Part shown: positions 1 through 11,385 of the stretch, piece after piece
Numbering within the stretch: position 1 is the stretch's first letter
How the letters are laid out: the number at the start of each line of letters is the position of its first letter
Position numbers and translations under genes: made by a program
Notes under the pieces: model-generated
Database searches by the model: none
The model's input: the letters and a program-made list of their open reading frames with translations, nothing else
What the model was told of the DNA's origin: nothing
Assembly: GCA_040285825.1 (NCBI GenBank)
Contig: JAUPSS010000007.1
Coordinates: forward strand, 1,583,475 to 1,647,474
Origin: Eukaryota sp. TZLM1-RC
Lineage: Eukaryota; Protista; Metamonada: BaSk clade
DNA: 64,000 nt
Reading direction: 5' to 3'

Positions 1-1399
1 CTTGATTCAATGATAGTCGTCCCATTAGTATTGAGTTAATTTAATTAAGTGTGCAAATTCAATAAATATATATTTATAATACAAAAAAACTATCAACAAA
101 TTGGAAATTCGCAAGTCCATGGTTTGTTTTCAGATAATACTCCTTTTTCGATTCAATTTCGTCCTATATTTTTTTGCTCTGTAATTTCTCCATGATTGTC
201 AATTTTCACCACTGAGGTTGCTTTTGAACTTTCCTGATGAAGAGGAATACTCTCATCGGCAAAGGTTTACTCTCCTTTTCGGGAGGACTGTTTACATCAT
301 GGCAGTTCAAGACATTAGTTAATAATGCCGTTGACATGATATACAGAAGAAGAATAAGAATATTTATAAAAATTCATTGGCCCTAATTAAGGCCATCACT
401 AGTGAAGTCTATACCAGACTAATTGCCCACAGTACAACAAAGAGTTGTCTGATATTGTTTTCATCTCTGCGCTGAATGACTCAGTTTTTGGTGTAGATAT
501 TGTCGCTGTTTATTATTATCGTTATTAATTAACCAGGATAGACGTGAACTACATAACTCCGAAATCACCTCATAAAAACTCTGCAATGTAAGTGGATACA
601 TGCGAGAGGAATCCATTCTGTCAGTTATTGACATTAATGGGAAAGTTGGGCAGTTTTTGACGGACAATCGAATGTTGATTTTTTTGAGAACCCCATCATG
701 AACGAAATGTAATTGAATAATTTTTTTATCAACAAGTTTGTAGTTTTCGATAGTTGATGTGGAATTCATGCTGCCATTCACTATTCTAGAAAAGTTTTTG
801 TGGGGTCACCTTGGGAAAGAAGAAAATGTTGACGGTAGCGATAACCCTAGTCAAATGAAGATTTCTCTGATGAAGTCAGTATTTCTGTAGGTGATGAGTT
901 TCCTTTTGCCTACAACAGAAACAACATTTTGGCCTGAGAAAAGTACGACCAAGGTCAATTGGTTATAAGTGATTTGATTGATCGTCCACTACCTATCACA
1001 GTGTCACAGGTCTGAAGTACTTAGCAAGTCTCCATATTCAGAACAACCTGCGGATAGTTTGTCTATTAGTTTTATCCTCATCATTTACCTTGAGTATTTT
1101 CAATTTTTGATATTTTTTTCTGAAAACTTGTATAAATGCCTGATTGTGTACAAAATGCCGATTTAGCAAAAAAGAAGCAATATTTGCCAAAGAAGTCATG
1201 GCCTGTTTTGAATGTTTAAAGATTATCAGTATACAATTATCCACTTAATATAATGGTGCCAGTGTAGTTAGTACTAAAATTAAAACATAATGTTTGATGC
1301 GATAAAAATGAATTTGATTCACAGTTTTTATTCTTTTTCCTAATTTTGTTGTTGTAAGGTTCTGTGTCCACCGATTCTGTTGGTATTACGGCAGTAATT

Positions 1400-1935
1400 C
1401 TTTAGATTAATTTCATTTACAAAGCTCAAAGTTTTAAAACTTGGCTGTCGTCTGAAAGAATTCCAATTTCCTACTTCACTGGTGAGGTTATCACTCAATT
1501 TTCGTCCTTCAGGTATTAATAATTTAAGATATCTAATATTTTCAGAGAAATTAGAGGTACTATCCTATGGTTGGTACCTGTGTTTGTTAAATGCCCAACT
1601 TGATTTATCTCAATCAATTCTGAAATTAAAAGCGCCATCCAATATTGTTGATGGTGATTTGCACTTTCCAAACTTAACAGAATTGATCAATAGTTGCGAA
1701 ATCGTTATCAATGTCTGTGAAACTACACTTTATTTTGTTGAAATACATTGAATTGTACGAAGTCAATGACAGTATAATGTCAGATTCACCCCTTTCAATG
1801 ACCAGGCTCAAAAATTGTGCTGTAATCAATTCTGCTGTACGACTACATCATCAAAATTTGTTTCATCTATTGTGTTTTCCTCCATGGATTCAATTTTCGG
1901 ACGATCAGCAATTCATTGATACATGTGGTGACTAA
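1400..1935 (+). pseudogene. Possible decayed leucine-rich-repeat (LRR/FNIP-like) gene fragment
   Basis: Overlapping ORFs 1482-1751 and 1711-1935, plus upstream in-frame sequence, read LISFTKLKVLKLG..FPTSLVRLSL..EKLEVLSY..FPNLTELI (LxxLxL periodicity). The frame is broken by frameshifts and has no clear start. Confidence 0.3.
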
Positions 1936-2397
1936 TTCCTTGAAAACAGACGTACTAACAAGCTTTTCTATTGACTGACATGGATAAAATCACTAACCAG
2001 AATCGTTGATAGCGGACATGTTGAGGGAAATTCTGTGTCGGGGTTTTTATTCTTTTTGTTAAGTTCTATCACTTCATGAAACAATACTAATTGTTGACTA
2101 ATTGTTAACTATCAAAAGAAGACATGCTCGCCGTCCCATTTCCTTTAGGCTGTTTTTGGTAAATTTGCACAGATCAACAAGACATCTATGAACCATTGAG
2201 ATCGAAACCTTTTTGTCCAGTTCTCTTTCAATTATTCATTCAATTTACCATACAAACAAAAAAGGTTTTTTCTTCAATAACATTATGATGAAATGAATGT
2301 CATTTCAATGATATAGGTGGGTTTGTCTTGGAATGTATGGGCTTTCAGTTGTTCTTTTCATTGTTTTTCTTTTCAAATTGGTCAGTAAACCATCTGC

Positions 2398-3457
2398 ATT
2401 GAATGCATCTCTCCTCACATATGGTCCAAATGCTTTCCTGCTGATATTCAAGAAATTCCACCCAGGAGTTTGATTTCCTTGAAATTTGCATATGCTAAAT
2501 TGCAGAAAAAGATATTAAAAGTTTTTGAAAACTTGGATTTCACTGTTCGTCTTAGCTTGGCTAAAGAAAAGAATCCCGTTTTTGCAAATTTTTTAATTGA
2601 CCTCAAGGATAGTAGCTCAAGTTGTCTTATTTCCCAGATTCCAAATGTATATGGTCTATTATTAAATGATCATCAATAGACAACTGCCTTCAGGATGAGG
2701 TGTTTCCTGTGGCCATGTAGTGTGCCAAATGATTTGATTTGTCGTTGTGGTCAGCTCATTAATCTGAATCATTTATTTAATTGCAAATTTAATATTACAT
2801 ATCGCTCAGTTGTTCACGATGCTGTTAGAGACCAACTATACGCTATGTGCAAAAGCCATCACATTGAAGCTTTTGTTGAACCACTTGTGCGAAGGTTGTC
2901 ATCTGAAAATGAAAATGAAAATACTTTTGGGAAACGCCGTGCTGATTTAATTACCCCTGCGTCTGATGGTGTTATTAAAGTTGTTGATGTTGTCACTGTT
3001 GATGTTTGTAAAGACTCAGCAATTGACTTTGCTAAAAGAGATGAAACTCCACTTTGCTTTGCTGAAAAGAGCAAAATCAAAAAGTACAATGAACCCTTAT
3101 CTCAGCTAGGACGTGTTGAGCATGTTAAGTATCAGTTGGTTCCATTTGCTGTTTCTCTTTTTGGTAACATTGGAATATCTGGCATTAAATTTCTTGAAGG
3201 TTTCAGAAGTTTAATAAAAGAAAGAGCAGGAAAAAAATTGAACTTCAATTTCTGGCACAATAGAATTGTTTTCAGTATTCTTAAAGCAATTCCAAAAATG
3301 TTGACCAAAGCACTGTTACAATTAGGAATAGAGTATGAAAATCGCGCGCTTAAAAGATTTGATGATGTTGATGCGTGTATTGAGGATATTGAGTTCTAGT
3401 TTTTTGTTTAATGTTTTGTTAGCGTTGAAAATAAATTTATCCTATAACAAAAAAAAC
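2398..3457 (+). mobile_element. 5'-truncated CRE-like non-LTR retrotransposon (family 1): post-RT region, Zn finger and RLE; one in-frame stop
   Basis: ORFs 2470-2679 and 2695-3399 are in frame across a TAG where sister copies have Trp. Motifs: CRCG..HLFNC..RSVVHDAVRD, RRADL..VVDV, AEKSKIKKY, LVPFAVSLFGNIG. A short T-rich 3' UTR ends in an A-run at about 3448-3457. Confidence 0.85.
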
Positions 3458-3777
3458 CATCTGTAAATGTATTTTGATTGACCAAAAAACTGACTAATCT
3501 CAGCTTGGGATTTGTTCAAGTAGAATTAATTATTATTAGAATTATGTGTAAAGCGCACTGACAAGAGTATAGAAGCTTGAAGCATGAAGTTGTGAAGCTT
3601 GTAAATGAGATTGTTCATCAGAACCGATATCGTTGAGATGATCCTGAGTTGATATCATCATTTTCCATCCAAAAGTCCTAATTGTGAGGCATTCGTGTGG
3701 TTGAAAAGTTGTAGGGGAGGGGAACAATTTGGTGGTTGGGGAATTTGAGAAAAGAAAAATGCACTCCATAACCCAGT

Positions 3778-3950
3778 TCTATTGCTATAGAATATGAACG
3801 AAATGCTGTCAGTAGGTTTGTAATAGTAACACTTGTTTGGAGGATATTCAATTATAGATGGAATGGTTTTCCAATAAAATCCAGTTCCTTAAAAAAAAGT
3901 TAAAAAAAGAAAAGTTTAAAAAGAAAAATAAATTAAAATAAATAAATGAA
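3778..3950 (+). mobile_element. Very short 3'-end remnant of a family-1-like CRE element with A-rich tail
   Basis: Reads IAIEYERNAVSRF, matching the C-terminus AIGVEYERNAVSRF of ORF 12773-13048. A long A-rich tract follows. Confidence 0.6.
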
Positions 3951-3962
3951 TTAAATTTTATT

Positions 3963-6145
3963 AAATTTTTTAATAGTGTCATCATGGGACGTTTCAAGTT
4001 ACCACAGGCGTTAATGGCATCTCGTTTAGTTGCTTTAAATAAACCTGGAGGTGGTGTCAGACCTATTGCTGTTGGTGAGTCCATAACGAGATTATTAGCA
4101 ATTATTTCTTTTAAAAGAGTTAAGTCATCCGCAATTAATTTTTTTCGTCCTTATCAGTTTGCTATCGGAATTCCTGATGGCACAACATGTGCTGCGTTGT
4201 GTACAGATTTACTTTTCAATCAAAAAGGCGAAAATTATTTATTGAACATTGATTTTAAAAATGCTTTCAACTCCGTTTTTCGCTCCAGTATTTTGCAGGA
4301 ACTTGAACTACACTATCCTCCACTTTTGCCGTATTTTAAATTGATGTATGGATCACCCTCTAACTTAATTTTTCATTCTGAGAATATTGTTTCGTCAAGA
4401 GGGGTCAAACAAGGGGATCCATTGGGTCCATTTTTCTTTTGCTTAGCACTGCAATCAGTTTTGGTAAAATTTAAGTCGGATTTTCCTGACATTCATATAT
4501 GTGCTTATGCAGATGATTTATCACTTATCGGCTCTTTGTCTCTTTTACAACACGGTTTACAACATTTTGTTTTTCTGGCCAAACAAATAGGGTTAGACAT
4601 TAAATTGCCCAAGTGTTTCATTATTGGTAATCAGCATGCGGAGGTGGCATTTAATGAAACTTTTATCAAATACGTTGATTACGAGGAAGATGCTATTCGG
4701 TTTCTTGGATCTTATTTTGGAAATAGTGAAAAAGTTAAATCGATTTTGTCAGGTATTTTGGAAAAAATCGAAGAGCAACTTTTGGCTATTCAAGATCTAC
4801 AAATTGACAAACATTTAGCGTTTTCGGTCCTCAATGTGTGTTTTGGATCAAAAATTAATCATCTTCTTCGTTCTTTATCTCCCACAATTTCTCATGATTA
4901 TGCACGTCAATTCAATACTTTGAGAACAAATTTCTTAGGAAATTTAGTAGAAGTTTGTCCATCTAAAATTCCTTATCATGCATTTTTTAGTCCTAAATTT
5001 GGTGGAGTTGGTTTTTCAAAAGCAGAGTATTTATGCAAAAGTGCTTCTATTGGTGGTATGAAAAATTTTCTTTTTGAATGGAAACTTCGTTTTGATCATA
5101 TTCCTTTGAATGAATCACATCCTTTATTAATTTCTCTTGACAAAATGGTGCAAGAACTACCTGTTGATGTTTGGAATAGGAGTTTTCCTTCAAGTTTGCC
5201 TACCGTGCCTTCGAGATCTTTCACCAATCTTCATCTTGCTGTTGTGAAATTACAGAAGTCTGTTCTTATTGGTTTTGAAGACCTGGATTTTTCTAAACGA
5301 CTTAGTGTGACTAAGATTAATAATCCCGTCTTTGCTGCCTTTTTATCAGACATTCAGAACTGTACTAGTTTAATATCTCAGCAACCAAGGCCATTTGGTC
5401 TTCACTTAACAAATGAAGCTTGGAAACAAAACATGCGGTTGAGATTAGGGATGTATCCAAGTGGTCTTTTGGACAATTCTTATTGTATTTGTAACAAAAA
5501 ACCTACTGCCAATTTTCGTCATATTGTGAGCTGTAAGAAATTTCTCCAATATAGGTCAGTTCTTCATAATGCCGTTCGTGATGTGACATATGAGATGTTC
5601 AAGTGTTACAATTTTAGTTGCAAAGTAGAACCTTTGTTGAAGCATTATAGTGATGATAATCTTTTTAATTCACGTCGAGGTGATTTAATTGCTCCTTTTG
5701 TGGATTCCTCTCAAGTTGTTGTTGATTTCACTACAGTTGATCCCTTTGCTTTGGTTTATCGCGATGATGTTTTACTTAGTACTAATGGTCATTTAAACAA
5801 GGCTGAAGATCGTAAGAGAGATAAATATACTGAGATATTAAATGATTTAAATAAGAACCTTTATTCGAAGTTTTCGTTTGTTCCTTTTGCCTTTTCGATT
5901 TTTGGCAACATTGGACAATCCGCCTTGAATTTCATCAATGATTTTGGTAATTTATGTCGTTCAAGTGGTAAGAATTTTGCAGAGAATTTATGGAAAAATC
6001 GTATCATTTTCGCTTTGTACAGAAGTGTTCCCAAATACTTGAGTTTAATGATGTCTAAACTTTATAAGGATTCATCAAGAGTTGGCGTGGAGAATTTAGT
6101 TTCTTATGTGTTTTAGTTTGTTTTATTTGATTATTAGTAGAAAAT
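3963..6145 (+). mobile_element. 5'-truncated CRE-like non-LTR retrotransposon (family 2); open RT + Zn finger + RLE ORF at 3984-6116
   Basis: RT motifs RLVALNKPGGGVRPIAVGE, IDFKNAFNS, GVKQGDPLGP, AYADD, RFLG, PKFGGVG. C-terminal CIC..HIVSC..HNAVRD and RRGDL..VVDFTTVDP..AEDRKRDKY. Homology extends upstream of the ATG (KFFNSVI), so the ATG is internal. Confidence 0.92.
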
Positions 6146-6344
6146 GATTTGATTTTAAATCAGTGGAATTATTTTTAATGAATTAAAGAAAAAGTTGAAA
6201 AGTTATTCATCATACATTTTGCCTTCACAGAAGAAAATACAAAAAAATTCCTTATCAAAGTAAAATTTTCTGCAAAACTGTTTTCTACATCAAAAATATT
6301 CCAATTTCTCGACATTTTGATTTCTTTGTTTCAAATCATTTACT

Positions 6345-7245
6345 AATGCCAAAAACGATGTTAAACTTGGCTTGGCCAAGAAAAAGAATCCCGCTTTTGC
6401 AAATCTTTTACAAGATATGTGTGACAGTACTTCTTCTGCCTTAGTAACAACAATTCCACAAGTTTATGGTACTCTCTTAACTGATTCTGCTTGGACTCTG
6501 AATATTAGATTTCGTTCCTTTATCTGGCCTGATAATTTACCTCATAATTTAACTTGTAAATGTTCTCGAGAAATTACAACTACTCATTTGTCAAATTGTA
6601 AACATTTTATTACTTTTAGAAGCAAGGTTCATGATGCTGTAAGAGACCAGTTATATTGTATGTGTAAATCTCATAGAATTGAATCCTTCTTGGAACCTCT
6701 GTTGTCAAATCTGTTTGATGCTGAAAATGATTTTCATAAGAATAATAGAGGTGATGTTATATTACCTGGATTAGATGGAAGTTTCATTTTATTGGATGTA
6801 ATGTCTGTTGATCCTTGTAATGCCTCAAATGAAAGGCTTGTTAATTCTGAAATTCATAATCCTCTTTCAAATGCTGAAAATTTCAAACTCAAAAAATACA
6901 ATGAACCTTTGTCCAAATTTGCCAGTCTACAGCATACAAAATACAATTTGTATCCATTTGTATTTTCCCTTTTTGGTTCACTTGCACCAACTGCTTTACG
7001 TTTTGTGGATAATTTTGAATTGATTGTAAAGAGAAGAACTGGGAGAAATTTCAACAGATTGTTTTGGCAAAATAGAATTGTGTTTTCTATTTTTAAGGGG
7101 ATGTTGAAGATGGTTTCTGATGCTTTGCTGTCTCTTGGTTCTCACTATGTGAGAGTTGCATCTAGTGTTTTTGTTTTGGGAGAGATGGATTTTTTAGATG
7201 TTGATTTATAGGTTTTGAATAAAATTAAAATAAAATAAAAAAAAT
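6345..7245 (+). mobile_element. 5'-truncated CRE-like element (family 3); open Zn finger + RLE frame at 6372-7211
   Basis: CKCS..HLSNC..RSKVHDAVRD, NRGDVI..LLDVMSVDP, AENFKLKKY, LYPFVFSLFG. Ends in an aaaat/A-rich tail. Confidence 0.88.
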
Positions 7246-7336
7246 GCCAAAAACGAGAAAAAATCTTTATTAAAAAACATGAGTAAAGAAATTTGATGTC
7301 TGGGGTCTGACACAGCAGTAACAGAAGACAAAACAT

Positions 7337-10300
7337 TTATTGAGGGCAAACATTTGTTTTCAACTCCATGGCTGCAGAATATAATGGATTTTCAGGAAGA
7401 CGTCGTTCGATTATCGGATCACGAAATACTTTTTTGAAAAACTTCTTATTTTTATGATATATTATTTCACATAAACTTAGGAAAAAGGAAACAGCACCAG
7501 AAAGTCCCGCCATTGCTCCTAGAATTGCTGAGATAAAAGTAACAAATGTCTCCTTTTCCCGCCTTTCAATAATAAGTCCCATTTGTGACTTTCCAAACTC
7601 AACAATGACCTCTATTCCAGTATTGAACAAAAAATCATAATGATAAACTGAGCTACCAGAAGTAACTCCATCAGAACGAATATGATAACCATAAAAAGAC
7701 TGATTATTTGGAATATCATAATAGAAGCTCTTTGTAAGTTCAACAGAAAAAACAGATGGATTTCTTCCGCGAAATACCTTTCCAATAGGTGCTTCCAATC
7801 TTCTAGAAAAAAAAGAACTTCCCCATGGCAAAGAAGAAACTGAGGAAATATTCAAAACAAGAGAGGGTGCAAAGGAATCACTGCTCATTGTGGAAAAAAG
7901 CACCCTTGCATTATCAGTAACCAAACAATGGTTCAAAAATAAACTAATATATTCTGGATATTCAAGAAATTGAATATTTGCACATTCCAACCCATCAATA
8001 TTGGGCGAAATTTTGCTCAGAGTATTAGAAAAGCTGGAATCAACTGAAAGCGTAATGTTGCCAGAAAACAAAACCTCCTCAGAAAGAAGAAATGCAGGTT
8101 CCATCAACCTCAAAAAACTGATATTGTCCATTGAAAATTCCACGAAAAGCACGGCAACAAAAGCTGTTGAAAGAAACAAAAACCAATAAGTAAACAATGA
8201 ACCCATTTGGGTCTTTCTTTTGACCATGTAGTCATCATTTTCAGTGTAATGTTGACGCGAAAAAATGTCGATCTTGAGAATGAGTGATGACTTGCGACCA
8301 AGTAAAACCATCCAAATCAAGAAAACAGTAATGAAAATAAACACAATTATAAAAATACGACGAGAAATAGAACTAACAGCAGCAGAATTAGATTCTGGAA
8401 GTTGCGGTTGTAAAGTTGTCAAGGAAAGTGTTTGAAACGTGTCTGTTTCAATAGGATTAATAGAGCCAACCGGACAAACCATACCAAGTGGACAAGGTAA
8501 ACAAGTAGTTGAACCTTCAACTGGCTGAAATGTGTCGAAAGGGCATGGTATGCATGAATCTTCTCCTACAAGTGCAGCAGAGGTAGAATAAAAACCTGCC
8601 GGACATGGTTTGCAGCCAACGATTCCTTCAAAATAGGTACCAACAGAACCTGGCAAACAGGGTTGACACACAGATCTATTTGAAAGAGAATCAAATTCAA
8701 GTACATATCCAATAAAACAAGGTTGATTACAAGAAGAGTTGAACAAAAAGTCACAATCAAATTGCTGAACGTAAAGCGACGACAATCCAAAATTTGGAAT
8801 TTCCATTCCTTTTCTTGTCAATGTTCCACCAAACATAATCACCGAGTTTCCGTGCCCGGCAGTGGCAAATGCAAGGGTCGGTATAACAAAAGAATCTAAT
8901 TGACCAATTAGTTGCAGAAACACAGGAGATTTGTCATAAAATTCAGGCAAAATGAAAAACGACATGTAGCCGACAAAATGATTCCAATTTTCCCCACCTA
9001 AAAGCAACAAGATGTTGTCAAAAATTAAATACTGAAAAGAATCAGCATCCCACATGTTGCCATCCAAAATCAAAGGTTGATCAATCCACGTGGCAGAGCA
9101 GTTAACAATCACTTCTTGAAGGTCAACCTTCCATAAATGTGATTGATATGGCATCCAGGAGCCTAATCGTCCAAAGGAAAGCATCAAATACGGGAAATAA
9201 GCTGACCTGACTACAGATAACCCACAACGCTCTAACGACGGGGGACGAGGCGATGGTTGCTCTATGGAAATCCATTCTCCAGATTGAAGATTAAGCACAA
9301 ATAGACCTGAAGAAATCCCAGAAGACGTGCGACCACCATAAACAAACACATAAGAGTGGTGACGAGTGCAACATGAATGGCTTCTAACTGGTGGTATTTC
9401 ACCATACGTCTCAAATTTCGACCAGGACGAGGTAATGGGATTAAAAACATCCACAGAAGAGGTCATTGTGTTAGATATCACTAGTGTTCCAAAAAGATAA
9501 TAAATTCGTGTTCCAAAACCAACAACACACGCTCCAACGCGCCTTTCTGCTATGTATGAAGATTCAATAGCAATTGAACTCCAGGAATAATCTGATAAAT
9601 TAAGGTTCCAAATGACAGACTCAAGAAGAGAGTCACCAGACATATAGCCTCCAATAACATAGCTTGATAAACCAACAGTGACTAATGAATGGTGAGAGAA
9701 CGAGGAAGTAACGATCTGATGCTGGGAAGTGAGGGAAAATGAAAAATTTGAATTTGGAATTACCTTTAAAAGCATATTGGAAACAACTTCTTCATTGAAA
9801 AATCCACCAAAAACCAATAACTGACCACAAACAACATTGGATGTCGCAGAATCTAAAGAAAAAATAGAAAAATTCAACGCATTAAAACCCTCTAATTTCA
9901 ATGGATAACTCTTCCATTCCCAAGAAGAAATATTTGTAGAATTATTCAAAAAAACAACTTGTAGCTTGGAAAACGAGGCATGGCGAGAGTTCATCCATCC
10001 CCCTATTACAAAAAACAGAGACAAACCAGGATGATAAGTAGAGGTGCTGAGTATAACTGATTGAGGAATTTCACCTCCAATCAAATCAGTCACGTTGCGA
10101 GAGTGAACAGTAACTTTACCATCAATACTGGAAAATTGAAGCAACCAAGTATCATTATCATCTTCATACATTGAATTTTCACTTGTAGCACCAGAAAACA
10201 TAAGAATTGAACTAGGAAGAAAGTCAACAACGGCTGTATTTGGAAACTGACGACCCGAAAAAGTACAATTGTCTATAACTTGCCAAGTAAGAGTGGAAAG

Positions 10301-10801
10301 ATTGAGAATGCAAACCTCAGAAAGAAGTTCAACATCAGATGAGGAACCACCAATGATGACACCAAACTGTTCGCCATTGATTGTGAGCTGCTCACAACTC
10401 ATCATTTGCCTGGGAGAAGGCGCGTTTATGTCATAGGGAAGCATGGTCCAAGTATAGTCACGTAATGAGTATTTGAAAATGACGTTGGTATCATCAGCAC
10501 CGAAATAAAAGATGGATGATTGGTGATGGAATAGACAACCCCAGAGGAACAGTGGAGCTGTGCCCAAACTAGGTAGCTGCATCCAGCTTGAATCTGTGCC
10601 ATTAAAGACCCAGATGTCTTTAAGAATCGTATCATTTTCATCCATGCCCCCAAAGTAGAAGATGGACTCTCCGATGGTTAAAGAGTGACAATATTGTCTA
10701 GATGGAGGCGGGGTGCCAATTTCTGGGATTGAGTTCCATGGATGTACATGTAAAATAATCATACAAATGATCAAAAGGCAGGAGAAGTAAAATACTGTCA
10801 T
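7337..10801 (-). CDS. Kelch-repeat, Cys-rich (ephrin-receptor-like/GCC) multi-pass membrane protein, 1154 aa
   Basis: Intact ATG-TAA ORF with an N-terminal hydrophobic signal. Many Kelch motifs (YFGG, IIGG, VIGG, VFGG, VYGG with downstream W). CxPCxxGxY/F repeats (CQPCLPG, CKPCPAGFY, CIPCPFDTF, CLPCPLG). Three hydrophobic TM segments in the C-terminal third. Confidence 0.9.
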   Translation of the reverse strand: MTVFYFSCLLIICMIILHVHPWNSIPEIGTPPPSRQYCHSLTIGESIFYFGGMDENDTILKDIWVFNGTDSSWMQLPSLGTAPLFLWGCLFHHQSSIFYFGADDTNVIFKYSLRDYTWTMLPYDINAPSPRQMMSCEQLTINGEQFGVIIGGSSSDVELLSEVCILNLSTLTWQVIDNCTFSGRQFPNTAVVDFLPSSILMFSGATSENSMYEDDNDTWLLQFSSIDGKVTVHSRNVTDLIGGEIPQSVILSTSTYHPGLSLFFVIGGWMNSRHASFSKLQVVFLNNSTNISSWEWKSYPLKLEGFNALNFSIFSLDSATSNVVCGQLLVFGGFFNEEVVSNMLLKVIPNSNFSFSLTSQHQIVTSSFSHHSLVTVGLSSYVIGGYMSGDSLLESVIWNLNLSDYSWSSIAIESSYIAERRVGACVVGFGTRIYYLFGTLVISNTMTSSVDVFNPITSSWSKFETYGEIPPVRSHSCCTRHHSYVFVYGGRTSSGISSGLFVLNLQSGEWISIEQPSPRPPSLERCGLSVVRSAYFPYLMLSFGRLGSWMPYQSHLWKVDLQEVIVNCSATWIDQPLILDGNMWDADSFQYLIFDNILLLLGGENWNHFVGYMSFFILPEFYDKSPVFLQLIGQLDSFVIPTLAFATAGHGNSVIMFGGTLTRKGMEIPNFGLSSLYVQQFDCDFLFNSSCNQPCFIGYVLEFDSLSNRSVCQPCLPGSVGTYFEGIVGCKPCPAGFYSTSAALVGEDSCIPCPFDTFQPVEGSTTCLPCPLGMVCPVGSINPIETDTFQTLSLTTLQPQLPESNSAAVSSISRRIFIIVFIFITVFLIWMVLLGRKSSLILKIDIFSRQHYTENDDYMVKRKTQMGSLFTYWFLFLSTAFVAVLFVEFSMDNISFLRLMEPAFLLSEEVLFSGNITLSVDSSFSNTLSKISPNIDGLECANIQFLEYPEYISLFLNHCLVTDNARVLFSTMSSDSFAPSLVLNISSVSSLPWGSSFFSRRLEAPIGKVFRGRNPSVFSVELTKSFYYDIPNNQSFYGYHIRSDGVTSGSSVYHYDFLFNTGIEVIVEFGKSQMGLIIERREKETFVTFISAILGAMAGLSGAVSFFLSLCEIIYHKNKKFFKKVFRDPIIERRLPENPLYSAAMELKTNVCPQ

Positions 10802-10960
10802 TTGGATACAAAGAAAACAGAAAGGTCAGTTGATTCAGCCATAGGATGGAGATAATGCTTAATGGTTTGGAATGGTGGGAAGTTGAATGAATGAAACTGT
10901 GAACCAAAATTAAATTGTAAACATTTTTAAACATTCATTGAGTTGTTGTTCATGATTATT

Positions 10961-11385
10961 GTATCATTTTTGATACGATTTACTGAGGCTCATATGAAGT
11001 TCCTAGTTTCGTATATTGACCAATGGTTGTTTATTACAATCGTTGGTCAAATCTTTAAAGTCCATTTTGGGACAATTAATATAACAATTGTGGTGTTAAA
11101 GTCCGTGCTATGCTCATTTGAGTAGTCATTGGTTTGATTGGTTGAATGGTCATTGGTATGATTAGGTGAATTGCATGTAGTCCTTATGTACTAGATGTGA
11201 TCAACTTGTGATCAAACTTTGTGTGTGAGTAATGTTGGCTATGTGTTACTTGATCAGTACAAACTCATGATTACATTTTCAATTGATTTTGTATATATTT
11301 GAATTAATTGAGTTTATTAATTTTTAAACATTTAATTGTGAAAAAGTAAATAAACCAAAAAGTATACAATTGAATGTTGCAAACT
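10961..11385. repeat. Satellite A monomer (nearly complete) about 160 bp upstream of the Kelch gene start
   Basis: Near-identical to the 460-bp monomers at 17.5-19.2 kb and 33.3-40.6 kb. Confidence 0.9.

Noticed and set aside
461-1244. ORFs 461-781, 978-1166 and 1038-1244 as genes
   Set aside because: Short, non-ATG starts and no recognisable motifs.
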